Below are positions 10,907-25,252 of a stretch of 64,000 nt of DNA, in pieces (within the stretch, counting starts at the first letter, position 1; each line of letters begins with the position of its first letter). This DNA comes from Eledone cirrhosa. Taxonomy: Eukaryota. The stretch is from positions 46,686,001-46,750,000 of the forward strand of contig OZ024745.1 in assembly GCA_964016885.1 (NCBI GenBank). The letters run 5' to 3'. The translations under genes and the position numbers were made by a program. A model generated the notes under the pieces. It made no database searches. It was not told the DNA's origin and saw nothing but the letters and a program-made list of their open reading frames with translations.

Positions 10907-13900
10907 AGTGTTTATATTTATCTAAAAGTATTTTTAGTGAGGCAACTACAAAAGAGAAGTTCTTAGCCAAAGATAAGCCACTATACCTAGCTTTCATTGA
11001 CTGAGAAAACGTGTTTGACAGAATACCCCCAATCTATTATCTGGTGGTCCTTAAGGAGATTAGATGTAGAAGAATGGTTGATGAGAGCAGTGCAAGCAGT
11101 GCAACAGAGGAGTTGTCAGCAAAGTGAGAGTAGGAAATGAGTTTAGTGAGGTATTCAAGGTACAATTAGTTCATCAAAATTTTAGATGAGGATCTAAACA
11201 ATTTCCATCATACATTTATGTAAGAACATTTAATTTATGCTGTTTAACATCTATTTTCCATGCTTGCATGGGTTAGATGGGCTGTCTCATTATGAGGCTA
11301 GACAGGTCAGGTGACATGTCTTGCTCATTCAATCTGTTTTGGGCTTGGTTTTCTACAGCTGGGTGCCCTTAGCAATGCCAACCACATTACAGGTGGACTG
11401 GGTGCTTTTTGTCGTGTCACCAGTACAACCACTTTACATGTTGGACTATTTCTTAATAATGAGACAGTCATACTACTAAACACCTAAATTCTTGATTATA
11501 TTCAAAATTATTTGAAAATTATCAGCAGTGTTTTTCATTAGAAATGTGGTTACAAAAAGTTTAAAAGCAACCTGTTAAAGAGAGAAATCATAGTATGGCA
11601 AGACAAGCAAAGTCAATCAACTTAGAAACATGTTAATAATCTTGACATGTTAGAATGCAGAATATATCAATCTTAAGGTGTAATTATTTCAGCAGGTAGC
11701 TGTGGTTCTTACAACTAACATAAAAATTAGCAGCTCCAATGAGTTGAATGATCAAAAATTCTGAGAAGCTGAAGAGCTGTAATCAAGGTCAATAAATTAT
11801 GCTGGTGATAAGTTGGGATTACATTGATGTGATTGATAGCTAAGCTTCTACATAGGAAATATAGAACAAAGCTCATGACATTTTTAGATGCAAATGATTA
11901 CACTGCCTGAAATAGGCACCAAGAAATTAGCCAACTGGTTACCTGCCCATATGTTGGGTTATAGCTGCAATCATCATTGCTAAAGCAAGCTCCTTGACAC
12001 GTTTCCCCATTTTCCCCTATCCACTGCATCTCTCCTCATCAACTCTGTGACTTTAATTTCTTCTGTCATTCTCTTTAGCCAAGTCTTAGTTGGTCTTCTC
12101 TTCCACATTTATTTCCACCACTCCTTTCACCCAGTCATTTTCACCAATTTTGTTCTGACCAGAATTAATCAGTTAAATAATCATATCATGTTTCCACTTA
12201 GGAATAGCCCTCCTTAACCTAGATTGTCTCTCTTCTTTTTTTTTGTGGGGGCGTGGTATGGGGTGCAGTTAAAATTGTTGAGAAAGACTAGTATCTTTCT
12301 GACACCTTTTGATATTATAATACCTACAAGAGTTGCATTCTTATTTTCAGATTAAGGTAGCTAAGATAAATACTAACGTATAAGGCTTCACAAATGTATT
12401 TAACTTCGAAACATTTTCCCTTAGTTTATATGAATTAATGCTTTTTGATCTATATCTATCTCTGTTTACAAATGCATCTAAGAGACAGGCAGTGTTGTTT
12501 CATATTAATCATACCACATTGCTTTAAGTTGCATGGTCCTCTAAATCTCATTGGTCTTTTCATAATCACACTTATCCAAACAAAAAGCATTTTTATAGAT
12601 ATTGTTTCCATTAAGAATGTTTATTGAAAGCAATCTATTGTCATAGTATCATCTTAGTAATTGCATCTCGGTGAAGTGGAACTTCTTTACATGCAATATT
12701 GTCTGTGAAGAAAAAACCCAAAAAACTCTTAGTTGCTTACAGCAAACATTTTAATCTTCACCGAGTTATTTTTCTTATTAGTGTTTTTTTTTCCTTGTAT
12801 TTTCTTTTTGCTTATCATAATTATCATTGTCAGTTTTTCCATGTTAGATGAAATTTTTTATAGTATGGATATTTGCATGTGTAACTGTTGAGCAGCAGGA
12901 TCTCTTTATATACAGAATCATCATCATACATCCCCTTTTTATGCTGGCATGTGTTGGACAGGATGTCACAGTCTTGGACAGGCTGGAGCAACCAATACGT
13001 CCCCTTTCCATGCTGGCATGGGTTAGACAGGTTGTTATAGTCTTAAGCACGCTGGGGTAACCAATCTTGCTTATTACATTCCATATTTGACATGGTTTCA
13101 ACAACTGGGTTCCAACCACTTTACAGGGTGTGCAGGGTGCGTTTTTCTTGACTGTAAACATAGGGGAGCAAATGCACACACACGCACACGCACACGCACA
13201 CGCACACACGCACACGCACATATTCTGTCTGCCAAATTCATTCATAAAGCATTAGTTTGCCTAAGGCTAGTGTAGACATTTGTTCATAGTGTCTCACAGT
13301 GGGATAAAACCCAAAACTACATGGTTACAAAGTGAACTTATTAACCACACAGTCATGCTTGCACCTACACCGTACCGGAATACGATTGTTTTGTTTTTTT
13401 CCTTGCTGTTTTTCTTTTCTTACTACTACTTTTTTGATTGTTACCATTCCAGCTTAGGATCTTTTCAAGATTCATTAACTTACACCACCATTCACTTCCC
13501 ATGTCTAGTTAGTTTAGTCATTTAGTGTGTTTTATTTTTTGTTTGTTTGCTATACTAGCTGAATTTCAATTGAGAAACACTTAAAACTAATTTAAGCCAA
13601 GTAGTTTTTTTTTTTTTGTTTCTTTTTAATGACTTGGATAGTTCTGCAAATTAAACCCAAGATTTTGGAATCTTTAACATTGTGATTTTGCATTTGCTTG
13701 GTGCTTAATTTTCACTTAGGTAAAATAGAAGTATGTAGAGTTAAAACAATTATGTGTCTTTCAGTACAAAAGAGAATATATATCATTTCCAATTTTTATT
13801 TGCAACTTTCAAATGGTGTGTGGCCTAATGGTTAGGGTGTTGGATTCACAAATACGCAAAAGGCTTTCTTATAGCATCCTCATCATTTAACATCCATTTT

Positions 13901-15277
13901 CCCTGCTTGTAAAAGTTGGACAGGATTTCACAGACCAAGTCAGCACTCTGTGGAGCCATTGACCTCTCAGATGAGCCAAGGGCCTGGATCTCATGAACAT
14001 TCCTACACTCTACCAAAAGCTCAGACTGGCCGGGGCCCACATCTCACATACTGAGTGCATTTTATTGTGACATCAGCACTAGGGAAGTTGTCATATCTTT
14101 GACGCAACTGAAGAGTCCATTCGACCATTTGTTTGGCAGGTTTTTTATAGCACATATAATCTCACATGCATTGTCAAATCTCACATGCTTGTCAAATAAT
14201 TAAACTTATTTCTTAGTTATATTTGTATGTATATAATATATATATATATCTTTTTTGAATTTGTTTTGCAATATTTCTTATCTGAAAACGTGTGTTTTTA
14301 TTGGCAACATGACCCTCCCAATATATATATATATATTGTTTGACCTGTTTAACTTGCCTCGTCTTTTTGGCTTAGGTGGTTGATGACTTCTTGACCGCCA
14401 TCTTAGTTTGTTTGGCCTTATAACCTATGTTTATTGCTCTGGTCTCTATTTGGTCCTTGGAGCGTTTGCCAGCATAACTCGGATATTGCGGTTCGCTTGT
14501 TTTCGACCCTGGCCGAAATAAGAGTCTCGCTGAAATTATATTTATATTTGTATTATATTTATATATATACACATACAGCTACAACTTCATGTTGTGAATT
14601 AATATTTTAAACAGAGGTTATGTTTAAAAGAAAATTTCTGACCAATTTGTATAACTCATGGAAACTAGAGGTTGATGATGATGTACATCTCTTATCTTCT
14701 TTATTAATATTATTACTGACATTATATTTCTCATATTCTGCTCAAAGGAAAGCATGTATCTGTAACCTTTTATTGGTCTCATAGCGACTGCCAATATTGA
14801 TAAATACTTAAAACATACCATTAAAATAGTAGAATGTTTTTATGATTATACAATGTAAAGATTCTGTCAGTATTAAACATCTTGCTACTAAGCTTGACTT
14901 AGCACTTACAAAAAAAAACAAAAAAAAAAACATCAAAACTTTTAACAGTAAACAAGAGATAATGACATTTAAAGTCCATAGAGGCAGATTTAATGTAACA
15001 AAATCAATGTTCTAGTAAGAAGTATCACTAGTTCATTGTTTTATTTCTGTTTTGAAGGTGAACATTCAATATAAACCAAATTGAAATGTTTAAAGTTTAT
15101 TTTAGTAAATTATATTAGGTAATATTAGAAAGTATCTCTCTCAGTGAGAAGTGCAGGCATAGTTGTGTGGTTTTCAGTTTTTTTTCATTGCATGTTACTT
15201 TGAGTATCATCCACTATAGCCTCGGGCTGGAGGAAGTTCAGTACGTGGAAACTATATTAAGCCTATAGTGTTATATA

Positions 15278-15570
15278 CAGTGGAACCTCAGCCCAGGAAT
15301 GTCTTTCAGCAAAACACCCAAGTTCACAAATGGTGTCTTGAGTAACAAACATACAAGCCAGCAATAACAGTTGGCAACAATCTGGAAGTATTGGTAGGAA
15401 AGTGTTACTTGCTGTGTAGTTAGTTACTATGGTGATATGTCTTTTCACACACACACACTCTCTGTAACTATTTCTCACATTTTGTATGGGAAAAATAGTT
15501 TGTTTACAAATATTTCAGATGACGAACAACCTTCAGGAATGAATTAAGTTTGTGAACCAAGGTTCCACTG
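15278..15570. mobile_element. Tc1/mariner-superfamily (pogo/Tigger-like) MITE
   Basis: Perfect 11-bp TIR CAGTGGAACCT / AGGTTCCACTG with TA on both sides; no ORF. Confidence 0.8.
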
Positions 15571-15677
15571 TATATATTGCATATGTGGGTGTGTGGGGTA
15601 TATATATACAGGGTGTGGCAAAAATACCTCCCACATTTAAGGGTTGAACGTATAAAATATGGGATTTTTTTTTTGGC

Positions 15678-15791
<114 letters not shown>

Positions 15792-17797
15792 ATAGAATTC
15801 ATCACTATAATTTAACAATCAAACAGTTATTTTAGTCAAAGAAATATGGCACTCATTGTTGGAATTGATGGCAGTTTAACGTGTGTGTGTGTCTTCTCTT
15901 TACTTTGCATTTGATATTGCTACTGTAGTTGGTGATACACATACTATGGAACAGAAACCACATGACTCATTGGTTAGATGTATAAAGATCCATACCTTAA
16001 TTAAAATAAACAAATGATGATTGCAATTAGGGAGGCCACTGAATTTCTGCCTCAAAAAGTTGTCTACCCGATGCCTGTATGGTAAAGTGAATCTAATAAC
16101 AAAGAATATACTACTTTAATGTGGGTATGACGAGTCGTTTTGTGCTTCCTTGGACCAGGTTTCCAGTCACAACAGCTTTGACTGTATGGAAACTAAACAC
16201 AAATTACATTCAAATATTAACCTTGGCAGAAGAGGATATCTCATTTGAAATAGAAAGTTTTATAGCGATTTTGTTTCTTTGACTAGAAGATATAGTTGCA
16301 GCTTAGAAGACAGTAAACAAGAGATAATGACATTTAAAGTATTTCTGTTTCCAAGGAGATATAGTTTAAACTGCTTCTTTATTCACTATCTGGTACAAGT
16401 ATCTCAGTATTAGACAGAAATAGAGTAACACATTTTTTCATCTGTTTCATTGTTAGTGTATCGTAGCTGATATCATTTATTCCGAAGATTTCCTAAACAC
16501 AGTAGAGGAAAGTTATTTGTATTCAGGTTTTAATTGCAAAAGCTTTTCTTAATCCTTAATATACCAGAATCAGTTGAAATTGTGCTTGAATCTTAGTGTT
16601 TGTATTTATCAAAAAATATTATGTTCCAAACCATAGCTTAAGAATGAGAAAGAAATTCTAGATTATATTCAAAATCATAGAGGACTGTCTTTCTTTTTTA
16701 GAAATATGGTGATGAGAATTAAATGGTATAGTGAAATTAAGGCAAGTGTTCGAGAGCAGTGGTTCTTAAACTTTTGTTGCAGAACCTATGTTTGTAGTTT
16801 ACAAACACTCTTCACTGTTTTAGTTTTAATAAGACATTAAATGAAAATAAAAAAAAAATGTCTTACAATTTATTCACATGAAAAGAAAAAAAAAATTCAC
16901 CAGCCTACTGGTGAAATTAAGGGGCAAATAGTTACGCATTCCACTGACATGTGTAGCCTTGACGTAGTTCTCAGGGAGATTCAGAATGCTAGTGAATAAC
17001 AAAGTAGGCTCATTGAATCACAGGTATGACTCATTTCTTCCATGAAAAGTGTCTTGCCCAAGGACATGGTGCACTGCCAGGAATTGAACTGTTATCCCCA
17101 CTAGCCTGAGCCAAACACCCTAACCACTAAGCCACATACCTTCACTAATTTGATATAAATATGAACACTTGTGTCTAATAACACCAGGCTGGTTTCAGGT
17201 AGGTTGGTATCAAAGAGTTAATTTATATTTGAACAGATGGTAAGAAGGCTATCTGGCCAGAAACAATTTTTTTTACAACAATAAACCAAAATGTAATGTT
17301 GAAAGATATCCATACTAGCAAGATGTGAAATTTACCCCCCCCCCCTTCTCTCTTTCTCTTTCTCTTGCTCACTCCCTCTCTTGCTCTCTCTCTCTGTCTG
17401 TCTTGCCACATTTCTCTCTGACTTTTAGATAACTGTTTTAACTGTTGAGATTTTAGGATAAATTTTTCAGTTTGGTATTTCCAAGTTTTCATAATTTTTC
17501 AATTTATACTGTTCTTTTTAATTTTACTTATGAAACTAGGTTAATCTGCCATATTGCAAGAGCCAATATGATAGAACAGATTTTAAATATTTCCTCAGAG
17601 GATCTATTTTTATTGAAATGCAATGTATCAGAAAGATAAAAGTGAAATCTTAATTGAAGTCTAAGTTTGGAGCAAATTTTTCTTAATTCATTCAATATAA
17701 TTTTCTATCAGTTTTAAAACTTTGTGACTTTCAATTTTCAAGTCTTCATTTTTACAAGAATTTAACTTGGAACCAATTTTTTAAAAATGTATTTTGT

Positions 17798-20773
17798 ATC
17801 ATCGTCATCATCTTCATCGTTTTACGTCTGTTCTTTCACGCTAGCATGGGTTAGATGGGTTGTCCTGTTGTCTATATTGTCTATATGCTTTAGCTTTGGC
17901 TTGTACCTGTGGGAAGTTGGGTCTTTTGTATTACTGCATGACACCAGAGGTCGCGGTTGTGTGACATTGACCTTGAGAGGTGCAATTGGGTAAGGTCGGC
18001 TTTTAGTGCCTCATCCCAGATCTTCTTGGGTCTCCCCACTCCAAGGCTTCGATTGACTTCTAGTGCTCTACACCTTTTTATGCAGCTGTGATCCTTCATA
18101 CGCATCACATGTCCATACCAATGCAACCTCCTCTCCTGCACACAGCATTTGATTCCTCTTATGCTCAGTCTCTCTCTCTCAATTCGTTTATGCTTTGCCA
18201 TTCGCATATTATTACACATCCATCGGAGCATGCAAGCTTTGTTTCTTTCTAATCTACACAAGTCTTCTACAGACATCGCTCAGGTCTCACTACCATGTAA
18301 CATTGCTGTTCGTATATACGCGTCATACAGTCTGCCTTTCATTTTGAGGGAAAAGCCTTTTGCAGCTAGCAGTGGCAGTAGCTCCCTGAACTTCTTCCAT
18401 CCTGTTCTTACCCTAGTCATTGTACTTTCTGAACACCCACCTCCGCTGCTAATTTGGTCATCTAGGTAGCAGAAGTTGTCTACTGTTTCTACAGAGCCCT
18501 TCCAGAGTTTGGTGGTGCTTGTTTCCTCTGGTCGTTTGTTGCTTGCTGTCCCAGCACAGCTGCTACATGTGATGCCTACTTTCTTAGTTAAGGTTCCTGA
18601 GACCCCACTACATCGCTTGTGTACCCATTGTTTGCATTTGGGGCAGAGGATAGAGTTCCTACCTACACCTTTCCTACATACCGAGCAAGGCCATTTCCCT
18701 GAGGTGATCTGGGTTCTGTTTCTTGTCTACTTACGAGGGCCTTAGTCTTTGTCAGGCTGATTTTAAGACACTTTCTTTCTAGTCCCTGCTTCCATGTTTG
18801 GAATTTCTTCTCTAGTTCCACCATAGATTCAGCTATAAGTGTGAGATCATCCGCATATAGGAGTTCCCATGGGCATCCGGTCTTAAACTCCTCCGTTATT
18901 GCCTGCAAAACTATAATGAACAGGAGTGGGCTAAGAACAGAGCCCTGGTGGACACCGACCTGTATGCTAAATTCCTTGCTATAGTCATTGCTAACCCTAA
19001 CTTTGCTGACTGCTCCTTTATACATGGCTTGTACCGCTTTCACAAGCCATTCATCTACTCCTAGTTTTTTAAGAGCCCACCAGATTATAGCATGGGGGAC
19101 TCTGTCGAAGGCTTTTTCCAGATCGACAAATGCCAGGTAGAGTGGCTTACTTTTAGCTACCTCACAAGGAAGAGGGCATCAGTGGTGCCTTTTCCTGGTA
19201 CAAACCCAAATTGCATCTCATCTAGTTTTACCCGTTCCCTTATCAACTGTGCTATAACTCTTTCCATTACCTCTATAGTTCCCGCTATCTAGTGCATCAC
19301 CTTTACTCTTATAGCAGTTGACAATGATGCTGCTGCACCAATCCTTAGGTATGACACCCTCTAGTATTACCTGGTTAACAATACGTGTGGTTATGGTGTG
19401 ACCTACCGACCCAGATGCCTTTAGCATCTCGGCAGCTATACCCGATGGACCGGTTGCCTTCCCCATCTTCATATCTTTGATTGCCTTGCTCACTACGCTG
19501 CTGCTGACTTATACTGCTGGCCCCTCTATATGGTCCACTTGGGGTAGGGTCTCTTTTTCCCATGTACTCTCCTCATTTTGTAATCTTTCATAATGGCTCT
19601 TCCACGCATCTTTCTTCTCAGCACTTGTGAGGGCAAGTTCACCTTTATCATTCCGGATACACTTCTCTCCACACTGCCTCGCAATCTTGAACCCATCCTG
19701 TTTCTGGTCCTCCCGTTGCAAAACATGCTTGAATTTTCTAGCCTCTGCTTTCTTTCTAGCTAAGTATACTTGTCGCCTAGCTTACCTCCTGGTCTCTATG
19801 TAATGTACCCTGCTTACCCCGTTCTTCCATCCTTTCCATTCCTGTCTCTTAGCCTTAACTGCCTCATCTACCTTATTGTTCCACCACCAAGTCACTCTCC
19901 TCCTCCCTGTGGTCTTGCTCCAACCACAGATCTCATCTGTTGCCTTTAGTAAGTTATTTTTTAGGAACTCCCAGTGCTCTTCTACATTGAATGTCTCTAT
20001 CTGTTCTTCTTTACTGTCATAGGCCTCAAGTAAAATATCTTTAAATCTGTAAGGGGTCTTTCAGCTTTCAGATCTTTCTTCTCCAGGTTGCCTTCTGTTT
20101 CCAAGTTCGTCTAGTTTTGACTGAGGTCGCTGACAACTAAGTTATGTTGGGAGGTACACTCCTCACCGGGGAAGACTTTTGTGTTTACAACCATCCATCT
20201 ATCACGTTCTCTGATGAGGATAAAATTTATCTGACTAGAATGCTCCCTTGATCTATAGGTGATCAGATGGTTGTCGGGTTGTTTGAAGTTTGTGTTACAT
20301 ATCAACATGTCATTGGCGTCGCAAAATTCTAGAAGCCTAAAGCCTTCATTTCTTGTGCCAAACCCAGGGACTCTATAGAAGCCGTCAGTGTTTTCCAACG
20401 TGTCTGTTAAAATCTCCTGCAATGATTAGGAAGTCATTATCGTTTGTTAATTGGGGTGCGTAAGCTGACATTATTGTGGCAATTGTTTTATTCAGGACTA
20501 GTCTGAGTTTAATGATTCTTGCGTTCACTCCATTCACTGAGATTACCTTATCAACCCATTTGTCAGCTAATAGTATACCTACACCACCCATCCTGTTGTC
20601 ATTTCCCACCCTGAAAAATATGCAGCACTGACTTTTGCCTACAAGGACTCTAGCGGACTCTCCTCTCCATCTAGTCGCTTGCACACAGCATACGTCAATT
20701 TCCTTTCGCTCTAGCATCTCTGATTCCTCCTGCTCTTCCTTTCATTGTGCTTACATTGATGGTTCCAACAAGG
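17798..20773 (-). mobile_element. Near full-ORF but frameshifted RTE-clade LINE (subfamily B): APE endonuclease + RT + PHD, short 3' UTR
   Basis: Endonuclease motifs (GTINVSTMKG, DVCCVQ, AGDFN, SQHNLVV), RT motifs (KATGPSG, VHQGSVLSPLLF, YADD), C-terminal WYGHV/GRPKK, ATG-repeat tail. No 5' UTR. Confidence 0.95.
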
Positions 20774-21374
20774 AAATTTTTATAATAAATTATATCAGCA
20801 AAGGTATACAATGATACTAAACTGCCTCTAGTACTGTGCTACAAGGCTTTGTTTTGAAGTATTTATATTTATCAAAAAACTTTCCATAATAATTTTGTGT
20901 AAGAAACTTTAAGTTGTTCCAAATACCAGCTTGATAATGAGAAAATAATTTTGCTAAATCCATCCAAATTCTTGTTTATTTTGAAAATTATATAAAAATT
21001 ATGGACATTGTTTTCATTAGAAATATAGTGACAAAAGGGCTAACTGGTTTAAAACTCCTCAATTTCAAGTTTAAATTCTGTCAGTTTTAACCTTACTTTA
21101 CACCCCTTCTCCATGTACCTTCTCAAAAGAAATTGACAGAGAGAAAGGTTTGTTTAAGGAGATTTCTCTTTGAAGTTTTTTTATTTATGACCTTTCCCTG
21201 TAGTCAGCATTCATTTTACAAATTTAATCATTTACAGGAATTCTTGGGCTATCACTTTAATTATCAATTTGTGATGTTTGTTAATGATGCAAAATGACAC
21301 CTCTCATGTTGTAGCAAAATTTGTACTCTTTTACTATATTTGGTCATAAAGCAATAAATAATTAATTTAAAGCA

Positions 21375-21530
21375 TATCATCGTTATTTTTACATATATTT
21401 TAACATCTCCACTTGGGTTACATGAGTCCTCTCCAGCTGTTTCTTTCCTTTGTCATCTCTTTTGTATGACTCAGTTTGTTTAGATCAGCATTCGTCACTT
21501 CTACCCACATACTTCCTGACCTTCTTCTTT
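21375..21530 (-). mobile_element. Old RTE 3' end fragment
   Basis: RRSGSMWVEVTNADLNKL..KEMTKERNSWR resembles the RTE C-terminus; degenerate tail. Confidence 0.55.
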
Positions 21531-22217
21531 GAAAATGTTTTTTGGTTTTCCTATTTTTAAAATGTTTGTTCCTTCTTCCATAGGACTTAATATATGAACA
21601 ATCCTTCACACAGTGTTAGTATCAAAGTGCCTAAAATCAATACAGCATAGTTTGTATAGGTTTGGGACAGCTCACTTTTGAAAAGCAGAAGATATATTGT
21701 TAAAAAATGCAGTGTTTAATACAGCATGATAATAATTGAAGGACTGAAAATTGTTAGAGGGAGAGAGAGAAACTTCTTGACAGAGATTAAAACCTGTCTA
21801 AATATTTGTTCATGATTAACACTAAAGATCTCATTGTGATTAACTTAACTTTCAAGTGTTTGTGTATGACTAAAAGTGAAAATCTGTGCAATTATTTTAC
21901 ATCTTTATGGTTTTATTAATGTTAGATTAGTTTTGTTTATTTCTATTTGTACCAATTAAAACAAATTGTACCAAAATATAAAAGCAATAAAAAATGACTG
22001 AATGAATACTTGTCATGTTGCTATGGGGCTGGCTATTCATCAATTTTTCATGAGTAGGACAAGCTGATCTGTCTAGGTTTTCATATTTTGGGATAGTTCA
22101 GTTTTATTGTATAGTATTGTAGTTATCTTCCTTTCATATTTTGTTTACTACCATCTTTTGAAATCAAAGATGCTTTTGAATGTCATATTAAAAAGCTAAT
22201 TCCTTTTTATATTTCAG

Positions 22218-22314
22218 CTCTTGAAGATGAACGACTTTCTGCTGAGGAAATGGATGAAAAGAGAAAACAGAATATGGCTTATGAATATCTTTGCCATTTA
22301 GAAGAAGCTAAAAA
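22218..22314 (+). CDS. IQGAP1: IQGAP-family scaffold protein, internal coding exon (first exon visible; probably exon 2)
   Basis: Pyrimidine tract + tttcAG acceptor, GTatgt donor. Translates (phase 1) LEDERLSAEEMDEKRKQNMAYEYLCHLEEAK, matching the IQGAP1/2 N-terminal motif ERLTAEEMDERRRQNVAYEYLCHLEEAK. Paralog assignment is uncertain. Confidence 0.95.
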
Positions 22315-24829
22315 GTATGTTCTTTATTTTGTTTGCTTTTTATTTTTCAATTTTATTTCAACAAACATAAATTTCTTCTATTTCTTGTATTATGAAAATT
22401 ATGATTCACAGTAATAATTCTAAATGCTTTAACAATGGTTCTGGGATCAACTTCAACATTTGATTTGTTATTAAATGGACATTTGCTTCTGGCCACAGCT
22501 TAATGAAGAATCTCTTTCCTGTAAGAAATATGAGTCTGACTAAAATTTTGTCGAACTCTAGGAGTGGAAAATATCTGCTGTTATAGATCTATGAACTGTT
22601 TCCCTACTCATGTTGATCTGAATGGAGATGGCCATCTTCAACAACAATTAGATTGGCTCTTTTCGGTGCATCTACCTTGCTGCCATTTTATGTGCCAGAA
22701 CCATGAAATATTTGCATGACACACTGTGATGTTTCCTTTGTTTATTAAAGTTGGATTTTTTTCAAAATCAGCATTGGCAATGAGCATTCAGTTGTTCAAT
22801 CAACTGAATATTAACGGGTTAATGAATTAATGTGTAAATGGTTGAGTATTCCACACACAAGTACCTTTAATGTAATTTTCATGCAGAATCAGCATTACAC
22901 AATATGTGACAAGGTTGGGGCCTTAGAATTACAAGTATAGTCCATCTAACAGGCTTTCAAACAGTTTCCATCTAGCTAATTTCACTTATAAACCTTGAGT
23001 CAAACCTAAGGCTATGGTAAAGACACTTGCCTAAGATGTCACATAATGGAATCTAATCTAGGTCTTCATCATTGCAAGGTGAACTTCTTAACTACTCAGC
23101 CAGGTTTGCATTTTAAGATATATTGATGTTAAACTGGGAAAAGGAAGTTGTAGTTTACTGTTAAGTAGTTATTTCCAGTCTAAATTTGTTGTTTATCCTC
23201 TTATTTTAAAAAGTGTTACCTGAGCAGCTTAAATCAAATATCATAGTGATCTTTTAATTGGTAGGCTTATGTTTGGATAAACTAAACGCTTGTCAATCTT
23301 TTTAGTTTTTTATAATAATAAAAGCTGTGCTGCCTTAATTTAATAATAGTTTTCAATAGTTAATACTTAATTAGTATTGTAATTATAAGTCCTTAATATT
23401 TGTTTCAGTACTTTTCTAGTTTCTTTGTTATTGGTTATAACAAGACGGTAATAACAATGTGTAAAATGTTAAATTACCTTGTTGAAACTAATTACTATAT
23501 AAATTGAATTTCTAGTGATGTGAGAAATTTTGTGGTTCTTTATATTCCTAGTTCAAATCCTGCCAAAGTCAGATTTGTCTGTCATGCTTCCAGCATTAAT
23601 AAAATTGCCCCCCCCCCCCCCCCCATTCCTCAAATTATTTGGCATCATTGACATCGCAGCTCATTTCTACAGCTGAGTAAACTGGAACAATGTGAAATAA
23701 AGTGTCTTGCTCAAGGACACAATGCATCAGCTGGTCCGGGTATCGAGTTCACAACCTTATGATTCCAACTCCAATGCACCTGATTTATAGTACTCGATCA
23801 AATACATTGGTGCTAGTAAGCTGACAATACTTTGAATGTTTCAAGTGTGTAATTAGAAATGGACATATGCTAATAATGGACAGTGCTGGGTTAAAAGCAC
23901 AAAACTACATCTGATTGAATTTATCTGTGGCAAGGAATGGTATTGATCTGTTTCAATGAAAGCCAGACAGGGGAAGATTTGTAAAGGAAAATTTAGGCAT
24001 CTCAAATATAACCTCAAATTTAGACAGATAACAAATGACTTATTTAATCTTATTTATACTTTGTGTGCATAAGAAAATTGTTACAACAGGTGATGTAAGT
24101 TAAAATTGTGATGTTAACAAAACATAGGTATTATTTTTATTCAATCAGATCTTAGATTAAAAAAAAAAATTGACTGATTTATCCCTTTCCATACCAACCC
24201 ACTTGATATCACCTATGTTTCTCTACTAAAAGAAATACCTTAGTTAAAAAAAAAATAATTGAATGGTTTAACTCTTTCAATATCGACTCGCATGATACTG
24301 CCACAGCTTTTATGATACAAAGCTGTCTATTTGAAAGTGTTCATATTTTAGAAACCTTTCATCGTAATTTTAGGGAAGAGTCTATTAAGTTAGGCTTTAA
24401 ACACCAATTTAATACTGAAAATTTATTTTAGTCAATCATTCCAAATTCTTATTTTAGAAAGTAATTTACACACATAGAAATATCATTGTGAAAGGGTTAG
24501 AATATTGGGTTGTAGTCAAGAATTACTGCATTTATGAAAAGACCATCTAACAACACTGAGAAACTCTTGTGTAGTGATGAATGAAAATTTAGAACTCAAT
24601 AGCTAATATTAGAAATGCATAGTGTTTCTGTAAATTGGTAGACTTTGTAAATTAGTTTTCATAAACGTCTTTCATGTGTAATTTAAATTTCCTTTGAGGT
24701 TTAATTTTTAGTTTGATCACTATCCATTGCCTGGATAGTGTGTATGTGTGTGTGTATCTATGTATATACCTATGTATGTAGATGTATATATCTATGTATG
24801 TATGTATGTGGGTGTATGTATGCATGATA

Positions 24830-24995
24830 TTCTTCTACACCTAATTTTCTTAAAGACAACCAGATAACAGAATGAAATAGTTTGTCAAAGGCCTTTTCTA
24901 GATCAACAAAAGCTAAATATAGTGGCTTATTCTTGGCTAGGAGCTTCTCTTGTAGTTGTCTCACTAAGAAGAGAGCACCAGTAGTACGTTTCTCA
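24830..24995 (-). mobile_element. RTE RT fragment
   Basis: TTGALFLVRQLQEKLLAKNKPLYLAFVDLEKAFD within ORF 24770-25072, flanked by microsatellite. Confidence 0.85.
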
Positions 24996-25071
24996 GACTC
25001 CATTTCATTTAATATATGTGTGTATATATATATAGAGAGAGAGAGACATGTATCCGTATGCATGTGTTTCA

Positions 25072-25252
25072 TTTGGCAGTATCGGTAGAGGGTTGGACGC
25101 CATGCTTTCTAGCATAGTTACGTCCCTTTACAGTCTGTTCAAATCCCGCCGAGGTTAACTTTGCCTTTCATCCTTACGGGGTCGATAAAATAAAGTACCA
25201 GTAATCTACTGGGTAATTTCTGGCCTTGTGCCTAAAGTAGAAACAATTATTT
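25072..25252 (+). mobile_element. SINE family B
   Basis: Same head, body and tail (gtagaaacaattatt) as the other copies. Confidence 0.85.
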
